This document shows, one piece after another, positions 1 to 9,104 of a stretch of 24,000 nucleotides of DNA (its first letter is position 1; each line of letters begins with the position of its first letter). The notes under the pieces were generated by a model. The model saw nothing but the letters and a program-made list of their open reading frames with translations. It was not told the origin of the DNA and did not search any database. The stretch lies in the NCBI RefSeq assembly GCF_054903135.1, contig NZ_CM142803.1; one strand, 5' to 3'. A program made the translations under genes and the position numbers.

Positions 1-809
1 ATAATTGCCTGAGAATCAGCAAAAGAGGTGGGATCGTAGCGATTCAGCGTCGAGTAAATGTAGGTTACCGTTGCCACGCAGCTTTGCCACCATGCGCTTT
101 GAGTTCGCCAGTTGGCATCGTCCGCGAGACAAAAGACATTCAGTTTTTGCAGCGCCAGCGCCTCTCTTTCAATCCGCGTTTCGGGTAGCGGTGCGAGGCT
201 GTCCGTCAGGTGGCTAATGGCATCATCAAGCCGATCATTAAGCGCCTGATGCATTTGCGAAATGGCACGACTGGGAAACCACAGCACGCCGATTAACGTC
301 ATCAGCAAGGTTGGATAGAGGCCAACAACGATACACCACAGCGTTAAGCGCACGACCACTTCCGGATAGTCGAGCATGGCGGGGAAGGTTTGCCCGTAAA
401 TGGCGACAATGGCGACGGCGAAAAAGACCAGTCCCAGCCGATGGGTGCGCATCAAAAACATACAGCCCATCAGGATCGGCCCGGCGATGATCAATCGGAT
501 CAACGGTTCGCCGTATGACCATTTGTAGATCAAAAACAGGCTGCCGATCTCCAGCACCGTGGCAACCACAAACAAGATCGCGACAAATTTGGTGTAAAAC
601 GCGTTCGACTGAATACCGTAAAACAGCACTGCCAGCGATAACGCCACGAATGGGATCTCAAAGGTCATCGAGATCAGAATCACCAGCAGGCAGCCTACCC
701 AGAGTTGCACGGTCTGCGGCACGCGGCCTGGTCGCCGCTCGCTTAACTCTTCATGAAAGAACGCCAGCAGCCTGACCACCGGTAATGGCAGGGAGTTGAG
801 CGCGCTCAT
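1..809 (-). CDS. mdtO: MdtO (YjcQ), AaeB/FUSC-type inner-membrane efflux component of MdtNOP. This is the N-terminal ~269 codons; the gene runs off the window's left edge.
   Basis: Not in the ORF track because no stop lies in the window. My hand translation of the minus strand from the ATG at 809-807 gives an open frame MSALNSLPLPVVRLLAFFHEELSERRPGRVPQTVQLWVGCLLVILISMTFEIPFVALSLAVLFYG... down to base 1. It is hydrophobic and multi-TM and matches my memory of K-12 MdtO. The start overlaps the mdtN stop (TAATG). Confidence 0.9.
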   Translation of the reverse strand, partial: MSALNSLPLPVVRLLAFFHEELSERRPGRVPQTVQLWVGCLLVILISMTFEIPFVALSLAVLFYGIQSNAFYTKFVAILFVVATVLEIGSLFLIYKWSYGEPLIRLIIAGPILMGCMFLMRTHRLGLVFFAVAIVAIYGQTFPAMLDYPEVVVRLTLWCIVVGLYPTLLMTLIGVLWFPSRAISQMHQALNDRLDDAISHLTDSLAPLPETRIEREALALQKLNVFCLADDANWRTQSAWWQSCVATVTYIYSTLNRYDPTSFADSQAI

Positions 810-1840
810 TATTGCGGCTCAAGATTAGCGACTGCCGAAGCGCCGATGCGGAACATTTCCGGGTCAGGTTTATCGACCATGATTTTGACCGGAAAACGCT
901 GGGCAACGCGGACCCAGTTAATAGAGCGAGAAACTTTCGGCAGGCCGCCCAGCACCAGGCCGCCGTCATCCGGTAGCACGCCGTAGCCAATCGAATCCAC
1001 TTTACCCTCGAAGGTTTTGCCGCTGTCACTCATCAGGCGAATCGTTGCGGGTGTACCTGAGCGAATATTTTTCAGATCGGTTTCGCGGAAGTTGGCGATC
1101 ACGTACCAGTGACGAGTATCGATTAGGGTAAAAATAGGGCGCATCGTAGATGCAAACTGCCCGACGGAGGTTTTGAGGGAAATGACCCGGCCATCAAACG
1201 GCGCGCGAACGGTCGCCATTTCCAGATGCAGTTTGGTCAGGGCAATATCCGCTTCGACCGCCGCACGCTGGGCAACTAATGCATCCACGCCGCTGACGGC
1301 GCTGGCGGCTGACTGCGCCTGCAACAATACAGCATTAAGATCGGCTTCTGCAGCGCGCTGCGCGGTCCTCGCACGGTCAACGTCTTCCGCTGAGACAAAA
1401 CCTTCTTTCAGTAATGGCTCGGTGCGGCGTAATGTATCTGTGGCCTGTTTCGCGGCGGCACGGGCTTTTTCTACCGTGGCGTTAACCGAGTCGGCACCAA
1501 ACTGTTGCGCGTCAACGCTACGCTGGGTGAGCATAATTTGCTTATCCAGCGCCGCGAGGGAGGCTTCAGCTTTCGCCAGATTGGCTTCGTACGGGCGCGG
1601 GTCAATGCGGAACAGCAAATCGCCCTGTTTGACTGCCTGGTTGTCGGTGACCGCCAGTTCTACAATGCGACCGCTGACTTCCGGCACCACATCAATGGTA
1701 TCTGCTGACGCGTAAGCGTCATTAGTTGATGGCGCACTGTCTACGCGCCAGATAACGAAAACAAGGGCAACCAGCGCCAACGCAACCACTAACAGAGCAG
1801 GGAATTTACTGCGAGGAGCTTTTTTCGGCGTACTTTCCAT
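809..1840 (-). CDS. mdtN: MdtN (YjcR), an HlyD/EmrA-family membrane fusion protein of the MdtNOP efflux pump
   Basis: 343-aa ORF with an N-terminal TM anchor (FPALLVVALALVALVFVIW), followed by coiled-coil and beta-barrel regions typical of the EmrA/AaeA family. It sits in an operon with ytcA and mdtO. Confidence 0.95.
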   Translation of the reverse strand: MESTPKKAPRSKFPALLVVALALVALVFVIWRVDSAPSTNDAYASADTIDVVPEVSGRIVELAVTDNQAVKQGDLLFRIDPRPYEANLAKAEASLAALDKQIMLTQRSVDAQQFGADSVNATVEKARAAAKQATDTLRRTEPLLKEGFVSAEDVDRARTAQRAAEADLNAVLLQAQSAASAVSGVDALVAQRAAVEADIALTKLHLEMATVRAPFDGRVISLKTSVGQFASTMRPIFTLIDTRHWYVIANFRETDLKNIRSGTPATIRLMSDSGKTFEGKVDSIGYGVLPDDGGLVLGGLPKVSRSINWVRVAQRFPVKIMVDKPDPEMFRIGASAVANLEPQ

Positions 1841-1858
1841 GAGCGCGTCTCAAATAGA

Positions 1859-2134
1859 TTAGAAAAATGCCAGCCAGAACAGCATGGCGTAGAGAGCAAA
1901 AAGGGCGGTATAAATAATTCCGACAAATGCCAGATTGATATTTGCCCGCTGAATAACTCGCCTCGTGATGAGCATCAAAATAAGGCTGGCAATGGCGCAG
2001 AAAAACCAGCTGGGATAATAAGCACCGATCACCGGGATTGCCGGAGATAATGAGCATCCCGAAACCATGAAGACGGGAATTATCCAGGCTGTTTTTTTGA
2101 GTTGCATCGCCATGCGAGAGAGAACTGTTGGCAT
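1859..2134 (-). CDS. ytcA: YtcA, a small (91 aa) putative lipoprotein/membrane protein leading the mdtNOP operon
   Basis: The ORF track gives 1859-2182. I prefer the internal ATG at 2134 (MPTVLSRMAMQLKK...), which matches the remembered 91-aa K-12 product. It has a lipobox-like motif FMVSGC followed by two hydrophobic helices. Confidence 0.8.
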   Translation of the reverse strand: MPTVLSRMAMQLKKTAWIIPVFMVSGCSLSPAIPVIGAYYPSWFFCAIASLILMLITRRVIQRANINLAFVGIIYTALFALYAMLFWLAFF

Positions 2135-2306
2135 ATTAAATACATCCTGTCTGCTGCGAACAATATCTGTAGTGAATATCAATATCCATTGAAGGCGTCA
2201 GTATGGCTATTTTCTCGATGAATAAAAATAGCTTTATTCAGCCACCGCATTCATAACTTATATATTTTATTTATTAATTGGCTGTATATATTTTTAAAAT
2301 AAATGC

Positions 2307-2332
2307 TTTTGGGGGCTTCAGCGCCCCCAAAA
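2307..2332. terminator. GC-rich hairpin between yjcS and the ytcA promoter region; probable intrinsic terminator of yjcS
   Basis: TTTTGGGGGC (2307-2316) and GCCCCCAAAA (2323-2332) form a perfect 10-bp stem with a 6-nt loop. It has A/T runs on both sides and lies 11 nt downstream of the yjcS stop. Confidence 0.75.
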
Positions 2333-2342
2333 GCGAGTGACA

Positions 2343-4328
2343 TTAATTTGGGGTTACGATATTCACCCACAAATCGAAATTATCCAGACAGGCGATAATT
2401 TCTTCCAGTTTCGCGCCATTGCCAATAATTTTGGCTTTCTTCGCTTTTACCAGATCCGCCATTTTGGCTTGCCCGGTCAGCACGGCGTGCAGATCTTCAC
2501 GGCTGATGTAGAAAGAGGCGTCAGCTTGGGATTGCAGTGTTTTACGGTAGTTAAGCACGCTATCGTTCAGCGTCAGGTTGAGGTTATCGCCATTGCTCAT
2601 ATTGAAGTTCAGGCTGATATTTTTACCCGCGGCTTTCGCGCTATCGAGGCGAACGGACATAAAGTCGAACAGCATTTCGACCGACATCCCGCGAATGGTG
2701 TCCGGGGAACCGGTGGTGCCGTGGCTGAACTTATGCACCCCTTCGCGCAGCTCTTTCGCGCCGGTCAGGTAGAAACCGCGCCAGGTGGCGGACTCGGCCT
2801 GATAGCCCAGCTGTTCAAAGTTATTCGCTTGCAGATTCTTCGCGACCTGGTCACCCGGGTTGGCGGCAATCACCTGTTTCAGCAGTTCTGCCGACCAGCG
2901 GTAATCACCTTGCTTGTTCGCTTCTTGCGCCAGGTTGATGACACGGGCAGAACCGCCCAGCGCCTGCACGTAACGTTTACCCATCTCCACCTGACCATAC
3001 GGATGCAGGTTAGCCGGGTTACCGTCGTAATAGCCAAGATAGAAGTTATACACCGCGCGGGCGTTGTGGCTGACAGAACCGTAATAGCCACGGCTGGCCC
3101 AGTTATTGGCAAGTGCAGGCGGCAGTTTAATCATGTCGCCGATTTCATTCATGGTGTAGCCCTGGTTCGCCAGGTGCAGGGTCTGGTCGTGAATGTACTT
3201 GATAGTATCGCGATATTTACCAATATAATCATTGATATGCTTATTGCCCCAGACCGGCCAGGTGTGCGGCATAAACAGGACTTCCGCGTCGTTACCCCAC
3301 ATATCCAGCGTTTCGTTCAGATACTCGGTCCACTTGCTGGTGTCGCGGGTTTTCGCGCCGCGCAGAGTGTAGAAGTTGTGCAGGGTATGCGTGGCGTTCT
3401 CGGCGGTACACAGCGCTTTCAGGGCCGGAATATAGAAGTGCATTTCGGCTGGTGCTTCGCTACCTGGGGTCATCAGGAAGTCAAACTCCAGGCCGTCGAT
3501 AATCATCTTCTCACCGGTTTTGGTGATGGTTTTGTTCGGTGCGATGATGCTCGGGTAGCCCGATGCCAGCGTTACGCCAAGACCATTGCCGATGTTACCC
3601 TGAGGGTTATGCGCCAGCAGCAGGCCGTAGGAGTAAAGTGCACGGCGGCTCATAATATTACCCGCCAGTACGTTTTCGCTGATGGCTTCGTCCATAAAGC
3701 CAGCAGGGGCGATAACCTGCACTTTACCGGATTTCACATCGGCTTCAGAGATAATGCCTTTCACGCCGCCATAGTGGTCGGTATGGCTGTGGGTATAAAT
3801 AACCGCAACAATCGGTTTTTGCGGGCGATTTTGGAAGTAAAGGTCAAGGGCGGCTTTTGCGCTCGGTGGCGTCACCAGCGGGTCGATGACAATAATCCCG
3901 GTATCACCTTCGATAAAGGTGATGTTGGAGATATCCTGACCGCGAACCTGGTACATTCTGTCGGTGACTTTAAACAAGCCGGAAATACCGTTTAACTGCG
4001 ACTGACGCCACAGGCTAGGGTTAACGGTTTCGGGCGCGGGCGCATTGATATCAAATTTATAATCTTCCCCGCGATAATATGGTTTGCCATTAGCATCGCG
4101 CAGAATACCTTCATCCAGCAGCGGAGCGATAAATCCACGCTGAGCGTCGTCAAAATCCTGACGATCGCTAAACGGTAATGATTTGGCGTAATTCTGATTA
4201 ACCTGTTGGGTATATTGAGTGGCGGCTTTCGCTTCATCTGTTGCGTAAGCGGTATTTACCATCATGCCGCTGGCGGCAGTTAACGCAATAACAATTCTGC
4301 TCAAACGGAATAACCGAGAGTTATTCAT
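2343..4328 (-). CDS. yjcS: YjcS, a periplasmic type III alkyl/aryl sulfatase (metallo-beta-lactamase fold, SdsA1-like)
   Basis: The signal peptide is [29 protein letters not shown], and the MBL metal motif [10 protein letters not shown] is present. I chose the ATG at 4328 (661 aa) because GGAG lies 6 nt upstream. The ORF-track start at 4340 adds only MEIY. Confidence 0.93.
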   Translation of the reverse strand: MNNSRLFRLSRIVIALTAASGMMVNTAYATDEAKAATQYTQQVNQNYAKSLPFSDRQDFDDAQRGFIAPLLDEGILRDANGKPYYRGEDYKFDINAPAPETVNPSLWRQSQLNGISGLFKVTDRMYQVRGQDISNITFIEGDTGIIVIDPLVTPPSAKAALDLYFQNRPQKPIVAVIYTHSHTDHYGGVKGIISEADVKSGKVQVIAPAGFMDEAISENVLAGNIMSRRALYSYGLLLAHNPQGNIGNGLGVTLASGYPSIIAPNKTITKTGEKMIIDGLEFDFLMTPGSEAPAEMHFYIPALKALCTAENATHTLHNFYTLRGAKTRDTSKWTEYLNETLDMWGNDAEVLFMPHTWPVWGNKHINDYIGKYRDTIKYIHDQTLHLANQGYTMNEIGDMIKLPPALANNWASRGYYGSVSHNARAVYNFYLGYYDGNPANLHPYGQVEMGKRYVQALGGSARVINLAQEANKQGDYRWSAELLKQVIAANPGDQVAKNLQANNFEQLGYQAESATWRGFYLTGAKELREGVHKFSHGTTGSPDTIRGMSVEMLFDFMSVRLDSAKAAGKNISLNFNMSNGDNLNLTLNDSVLNYRKTLQSQADASFYISREDLHAVLTGQAKMADLVKAKKAKIIGNGAKLEEIIACLDNFDLWVNIVTPN

Positions 4329-4580
4329 ATAAATCTCCATTTATCATTTATGTCGTAAATATGTAATCCATGCAAAATACGTCATTTAAAGCTGGGGTTA
4401 TCATAATTGGGAATTTGCGACTTTAATAAGTGGAAGTGTGAGCGGAACGATCCATTTTATTAGGCATTTGTGCTGAAGGGGGAAAATTACGCGAATTTAT
4501 TATCTCTGTAAATAATATGAGGTGTTTTATATATTTATTATATATATTGTACTTCGGCAAATACTGAGCACAATTTATCA

Positions 4581-4898
4581 ATGCAACCGGTGTTTCTTTT
4601 TAAAAAACGTACCGGAGCAATGGGCGGTCATGTCGCTGGCACCGCAGGATTCTGCGTTGCTGTGCCAGCCTTTTATTCATGGTCAATGAGTGAGGTGATT
4701 GATAAAGACACCAGGTCGTCAGAGCGCACTGATTATCCGCATTATGCCAGTGAAGTTGCACTGGCTTTTGGTTCACGAGTGGTTGGCCTCGAACTGGCAA
4801 AAATGATTGTGGATGCGTGGCTGGGCGCACAGTACGAAGGCGGTCGTCATCAACAACGCGTGGAGGCGATTACGGCAATAGAGCAGCGGAGAAATTGA
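4581..4898 (+). pseudogene. rpiB: rpiB (ribose-5-phosphate/allose-6-phosphate isomerase B) remnant with an internal in-frame deletion and a degenerate 5' end
   Basis: From nt 4692 the ORF reads EVIDKDTRSSERTDYPHYASEVALA|FGSRVVGLELAKMIVDAWLGAQYEGGRHQQRVEAITAIEQRRN. This matches remembered RpiB residues ~29-54 joined directly (junction ~4766/4767) to residues ~107-149. The ~52 residues carrying the GTGVGISIAANK active-site segment are missing. The first 37 codons do not resemble RpiB in this frame. Confidence 0.75.
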
Positions 4899-4966
4899 GA
4901 TTCATCCACTACTTGCATGGATGAGTAATGATTAATGTGGATAGAGTTTCTTTTTGAGGTTGGCTA

Positions 4967-5296
4967 ATGAAACGCTTTCCGCTATTTCTTTTATTCACCC
5001 TGCTCACGCTGTCCACCGTTCCGGCCCAGGCTGATATTATCGACGATACTATTGGTAATATTCAGCAGGCGATTAATGACGCTTATAACCCTGACCGTGG
5101 GCGAGACTATGAAGATTCGCGCGACGACGGCTGGCAGCGTGAAGTGAGCGACGATCGGCGCAGACAATATGACGACCGCCGCCGCCAGTTTGAAGATCGC
5201 CGCAGGCAGCTGGACGATCGCCAGCGCCAGCTTGATCAGGAGCGTCGGCAACTGGAGGATGAAGAGCGGAGAATGGAAGATGAGTATGGGCGATGA
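4967..5296 (+). CDS. yjdP: YjdP, a small secreted protein with a highly charged Asp/Glu/Arg/Gln heptad-repeat C-terminus
   Basis: 109-aa ORF with a Sec signal peptide MKRFPLFLLFTLLTLSTVPAQA|D. Six consecutive 7-aa repeats follow (DDRRRQY DDRRRQF EDRRRQL DDRQRQL DQERRQL EDEERRM). GAGG lies upstream of the ATG. Confidence 0.85.
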   Translation: MKRFPLFLLFTLLTLSTVPAQADIIDDTIGNIQQAINDAYNPDRGRDYEDSRDDGWQREVSDDRRRQYDDRRRQFEDRRRQLDDRQRQLDQERRQLEDEERRMEDEYGR

Positions 5297-5319
5297 GGTT
5301 GGGTATGGAGCAGGCATCG

Positions 5320-5420
5320 CCCCTCACCCCAATGGGGAGAGGGAGAAAACGAGCGCAATATTCAATATCGAGCACAATCGGTCCCCTCGCCCCTCTGGGG
5401 AGAGGGTTAGGGTGAGGGGG
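5320..5420. repeat. Two GC-rich imperfect-palindrome repeats (CCCTC..CCC/GGGAGAGGG type, which I believe is the E. coli 'Box C'-like family) between the convergent genes yjdP and phnP
   Basis: Hairpin A pairs CCCTCACCCC (5321-5330) with GGGGAGAGGG (5334-5343). Hairpin B spans 5383-5420, with CCCTCT/AGAGGG as the inner stem and CCCCTC/GAGGGG as the outer stem. The motif ATCGGTCCCCTC and GGGAGAGGGAGAAAAC recur, inverted, at 14338-14380. Confidence 0.7.
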
Positions 5421-5442
5421 CCAGCGCGCACATTCCCTCTCA

Positions 5443-6201
5443 TCACGCCACCCCAATCTCCATCCCATCAAACCCCACCTCAAACCCTGACGGTAGTGCG
5501 TTTTCCATCAGCCACGCATCAAACTGGTGGCTGATATGGGTCAGAATCACCTGTGGCGAGCGGATAACCTGATTCAGCGCAAGCACGGTATTTAAATCAC
5601 AGTGATTACGCGGTGCATCCGCGCGCGGCGGGTGACTGCAATCAATCACCATCACCTGCGGATGATTATTGAGTAAAAATTTCAGCGTTTTTTCCGGCAG
5701 GCCAGCGGTGTCAGACAGCCACGCCACCCGGCTATGTGCCGTTTCCAGCAGATAACCGAAGGTCAGTTTTGAGTGGTTAAGCGGCAGCGGCGTGACCTGC
5801 AACCCCTGCAAATCAAACACCACAAACGGTACCACTGTGTGGCTGAAATCAAGCAGGCCCGGATGTTTAAACAGATCGTCGCAGCCCTGTTCATCCGGCG
5901 GGCCGTAGACCGGGATCACATCGCCCACGCCCCAGCGTAGCGGAAATAGCCCTTGGACGTGATCCATATGGTAGTGCGTCAGCAAAAACTGCTGGAACGA
6001 TCCAGGCGACCAGCGATCGGTGAGATCGTGCCGCCCGGCGTCGATCAGGGTGATCGCGTCGTTAAACTTCACTACGCCGCTGCATGGCTGGCGGCGATAC
6101 TGCGGCGAGCGCCGCGCTCTGGCGCAGGCCGCGCACTCGCAGCCCCATGCCGGAACGCCCTGTGCGCCGCCAGTGCCGGTGAGCGTGAGGGTCAGGCTCA
6201 T
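5443..6201 (-). CDS. phnP: PhnP, phosphoribosyl 1,2-cyclic phosphate phosphodiesterase (MBL fold)
   Basis: Starting at the ATG at 6201 gives the 252-aa product [26 protein letters not shown]... with an HYHMDH metal motif. The ORF-track start at 6249 would overlap phnO by 47 nt. Confidence 0.95.
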   Translation of the reverse strand: MSLTLTLTGTGGAQGVPAWGCECAACARARRSPQYRRQPCSGVVKFNDAITLIDAGRHDLTDRWSPGSFQQFLLTHYHMDHVQGLFPLRWGVGDVIPVYGPPDEQGCDDLFKHPGLLDFSHTVVPFVVFDLQGLQVTPLPLNHSKLTFGYLLETAHSRVAWLSDTAGLPEKTLKFLLNNHPQVMVIDCSHPPRADAPRNHCDLNTVLALNQVIRSPQVILTHISHQFDAWLMENALPSGFEVGFDGMEIGVA

Positions 6202-6202
6202 G

Positions 6203-6637
6203 TTACAGCGCCTTGGTGAAGCGGAAGTGGCTCTGCTCGTAGCCTTCACGCAGGTAAAAACGGTGTGCGTCGTGGCGCTTCACGTTGGTGGAAAGCTCGG
6301 TCATTTCGGCCCCGGCCTGGCGGGCTTCTTCTTCTGCCCATGCCAGTAATTTACTGCCGACGTTCAGACCGCGCGCCTGCGGCATCACCACCAGTTCCTG
6401 AATTTCGCCGATCCAGTTGACATGATGCAGATGAAACTGCAAATGCAGGCCGATCATGCCGACAACTTCGCCATCCAGCAGCGCCAGATGGTAGCGCATG
6501 TTTGGGTCGCGCAGGTTGGCGTTAAAGCCCACGCGAAACGCATGGTGGTCAAACTCCGCCTGTTTTAGCTCACAAATCAGCGCGTAAACCGCGTCGGTAT
6601 CGTACTGCGTGGCCGGGCGAAGCTCACAAGCAGGCAT
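6203..6637 (-). CDS. phnO: PhnO, aminoalkylphosphonate N-acetyltransferase (GNAT family)
   Basis: 144-aa ORF with the GNAT acetyl-CoA motif ([12 protein letters not shown]). Its position in the phn operon fits. Confidence 0.95.
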
Positions 6638-7181
6638 GGTGTTTCTCCTTCTGATGGATCAGCGTCAGCAGCGTGTCGACCGACTGGCGCAGGCTGCCGT
6701 CATTGTTGAGCGTATGGCAATCCTGTGGAGTATAGCGGGCGGCGCGCGCCAGGCGGGCGTTAATTTCACTGGCGTTTTCACGGCCACGGTTTTCCAGGCG
6801 CTGGCGCAGGATCTCCGGCGAAACCTGTAAACAGACGGGCAGCAGCGCCGATTGATAGCGCGCCCGTGCCTGCGGCAAATGCGCGCGTGAACCGTTGACG
6901 ACTACGTCGAATCCAGCGTGCAGCCAGAGGTCAATCTCGATGCCGACGCCATAATACAGACCGTTAGCGTGCCAGCTTAAGGCCAGCAGGTTTTGCCCCG
7001 CGCGGGTAAAAAACTCCCGCTCACTCAGGGCGATATGGTTTTCACTTCCGGCGCTGGCGTCGCGCGTGATGTAGCGATGCGCCACCAGTAACTGCGTTTG
7101 TTCCCGCAGGCGGAGTTCCGCCAGCAGGCTGTCTTTCCCGGAGCCGGACGGCCCCATTAACCAAATCAGTTTTCCCATCAT
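6624..7181 (-). CDS. phnN: PhnN, ribose 1,5-bisphosphate phosphokinase
   Basis: 185-aa ORF with a P-loop GPSGSGKDS. It overlaps the phnM stop by 1 nt and phnO by 14 nt. Confidence 0.95.
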
Positions 7182-8317
7182 CAGAACACCCTTTTACCCT
7201 GACGCCAGACGTGGTCGATATGAATGTGATTGCCCTGGCGATGCGCCAGCACCAGGTCAGCGCGTTTACCCTCGCCAATCACCCCGCGATCCTGAAGATT
7301 CAGCGCCTGCGCCGGATTTTTGGTCACCAGCCTCACCGCCTGCGGTAGCGTAAAGCGGTTGCTCTCGTCATCGGCGACGCGGAACGCCGCATCCAGCAGG
7401 CTGGCGGGGTAGTAGTCGGAAGAGAGGATATCCAGCAGACCAAGCTGCGCCAGTTCACTGGCCGCCACATTGCCGGAGTGCGAGCCGCCACGCACGATAT
7501 TTGGCGCACCCATCAGCACGTTCATGCCATGCTTACGCGAGGCTTCCGCCGCTTCGAACGTGGTGGGAAATTCGGCGATCACGCTGCCAAGTTGGTAGGA
7601 TTCGGCAACGTGGGCGTGCGTGGCGTCATCGTGGCTGGCGAGCGCAATTTGTCGCGCGCGGCACAGGGCGGCGATGGATTCGCGATTCGGCTGCGACCAG
7701 CGTGCGGCGAGCGCCAATTGCTCTTCTTCGTACTGCTGCATCTGCGCATCGGTGAGGGAGTATTTGCCCTGATAATATTCGCGATACTTCTCGCGGTTAG
7801 CGAACTGGCGCTGGCCCGGTGAGTGGTCCATCAGCGACACCAGCGTCACCGGTTCGCGCTGAACCAGTTTTTCAAACAGCGGCAGTGTGGTGTGATGCGG
7901 CAGCTCGCAGCGCAGGTGCAGACGGTGCTCGGCGCGGTTGACGCCGCGTTTCTGCGTCTCTTCGATGGTGTTGATCATCTTCTCCAGATTCTCCAGCCGA
8001 TCGCCGCCGTCGCGCACGTCGCCAATCGCCACCGCGTCCAGCACGGTGGTGATGCCGCTTGCCACCATCAGCGCGTCGTGGCTGCTCATCGCCGAATGGG
8101 CGGGCCAGTCGACTTTCGGGCGCGGGGTGAAGAATTTATCGAGGTTGTCGGTATGCAGCTCAATCAGGCCGGGTAGTAGCCAGCCACCTTCGCCGTCCAT
8201 CGCTTCTGGCAGGCGGCTCTGGCTTTCGGCAAAGGCGCGGATTTCGCCATCCTGCACCTCCAGCGAACCGTGTACCACTTCGTTTTCCAGCACCAGTTTG
8301 ACGTTATTGATAATCAT
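7181..8317 (-). CDS. phnM: PhnM, RPnTP diphosphatase (amidohydrolase superfamily)
   Basis: 378-aa ORF with amidohydrolase-type metal-binding segments (LIELHTDNL..., ...ASHDD...). It has an ATGA overlap with the phnL stop. Confidence 0.95.
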   Translation of the reverse strand: MIINNVKLVLENEVVHGSLEVQDGEIRAFAESQSRLPEAMDGEGGWLLPGLIELHTDNLDKFFTPRPKVDWPAHSAMSSHDALMVASGITTVLDAVAIGDVRDGGDRLENLEKMINTIEETQKRGVNRAEHRLHLRCELPHHTTLPLFEKLVQREPVTLVSLMDHSPGQRQFANREKYREYYQGKYSLTDAQMQQYEEEQLALAARWSQPNRESIAALCRARQIALASHDDATHAHVAESYQLGSVIAEFPTTFEAAEASRKHGMNVLMGAPNIVRGGSHSGNVAASELAQLGLLDILSSDYYPASLLDAAFRVADDESNRFTLPQAVRLVTKNPAQALNLQDRGVIGEGKRADLVLAHRQGNHIHIDHVWRQGKRVF

Positions 8318-8994
8318 GCAGAGGCTCCCATTGGGTGCAAGCGGTCGGCGACGTCATTACGTACGACTTCGTCATGGAAGATGCCGACGATGGCCGCGCC
8401 ACGGGTTTTGGCTTCGCGAATCAGCTCGACTACGGCGGCGCTGTTTTTGGCGTCCAGCGAGGCGGTAGGTTCGTCGAGCAGCAGAATGGGGTAGTCGACG
8501 ATAAAGCCGCGGGCGATGTTGACGCGCTGCTGTTCGCCACCGGAAAAGGTTGATGGCGCCAGGTGCCACAGGCGTTCCGGCACGTTCAGGCGGGTGAGCA
8601 GACGCGCGGCTTTAGCGGCGCAGGCTTCACGCGGAACGCCGGTATCGAGCAGCGGCTGCATCACCACTTCCAGTGCTGAAATACGCGGGATGACGCGCAG
8701 AAACTGGCTCACCCAGCCGACGGTGGTTTTGCGGATCTCCACCACTTTGCGCGCTGGCGCGGTGACCAGATCGACCCATTCGTCACCGTGTTTGATCTGG
8801 ATTTGCCCTTCGTCGGGCAGATAGTTGGCGTACAGCGAGCGCAGCAAGGTTGATTTGCCGCTGCCGGAATGGCCGTGGAGCACCACGCATTCGCCCGCGT
8901 TGACGGTGAGCGAGGCACGTTGTAAGACGGGCAGGCGCACGCCGTTTTGCTGGTGCAGGATGAAGGTTTTACTGACGTTTTGTACGTTAATCAT
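8314..8994 (-). CDS. phnL: PhnL, an ABC-type ATPase subunit of the PhnGHIL ribosyl-phosphonate triphosphate synthase
   Basis: Only the last 226 codons of the 488-aa ORF-track entry are protein-like: [11 protein letters not shown]... with Walker [10 protein letters not shown] and signature FSGGEQQR. The ATG at 8994 is verified in the sequence. Confidence 0.93.
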   Translation of the reverse strand: MINVQNVSKTFILHQQNGVRLPVLQRASLTVNAGECVVLHGHSGSGKSTLLRSLYANYLPDEGQIQIKHGDEWVDLVTAPARKVVEIRKTTVGWVSQFLRVIPRISALEVVMQPLLDTGVPREACAAKAARLLTRLNVPERLWHLAPSTFSGGEQQRVNIARGFIVDYPILLLDEPTASLDAKNSAAVVELIREAKTRGAAIVGIFHDEVVRNDVADRLHPMGASA

Positions 8995-9015
8995 TTTTCG
9001 CCTCGTGGTTCGGGT

Positions 9016-9098
<83 letters not shown>

Positions 9099-9104
9099 AC
9101 CGGC

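Noticed and set aside
2337-3995. A 552-aa plus-strand ORF antisense to yjcS
   Set aside because: This is a shadow ORF. Its composition is unnatural (rich in V/R/G/H/F/Q, with no motifs), it starts at a GTG inside the yjcS terminator region, and the opposite strand encodes a complete sulfatase rich in recognisable motifs.
4341-4580. An AT-rich ~240-bp stretch with (TA)-rich runs (TATATATTTATTATATATATTG), considered as a possible mobile-element end, an att site or a hidden small gene
   Set aside because: I could find no terminal inverted repeats, no direct target duplications and no ORF with an RBS. It is most simply the yjcS promoter region plus the deletion junction of the als locus.
4902-4924. 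An inverted repeat TCATCCA-N9-TGGATGA after the rpiB remnant, considered as a terminator
   Set aside because: The stem is only 7 bp and AT-containing, the loop is 9 nt and there is no U-tract. This is too weak to call. It may be the vestigial rpiB 3' structure.
5073-5534. ORFs 5073-5483(-) and 5169-5534(+) crossing the yjdP/phnP gap
   Set aside because: Their translations (PNPLPRGARGP..., GERVRVRGPAR...) come directly from the GC-rich palindromic repeats and from the reverse frame of the yjdP repeats. They have no independent coding signal.
5443-6249. Longer N-terminal extensions offered by the ORF track for phnP (6249), phnJ (10894), phnI (11882), phnK (9893), phnF (13530), yjdM (17430), ytcA (2182), yjcS (4340), proP (21019) and basS (23831, TTG)
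   Set aside because: The extensions overlap the upstream gene out of frame or lack an RBS. The shorter starts restore the ATGA/TGATG coupling pattern, have Shine-Dalgarno sequences, and give the protein lengths I remember for K-12. The yjcS, phnF and basS alternatives differ by only 3-4 codons and remain possible.
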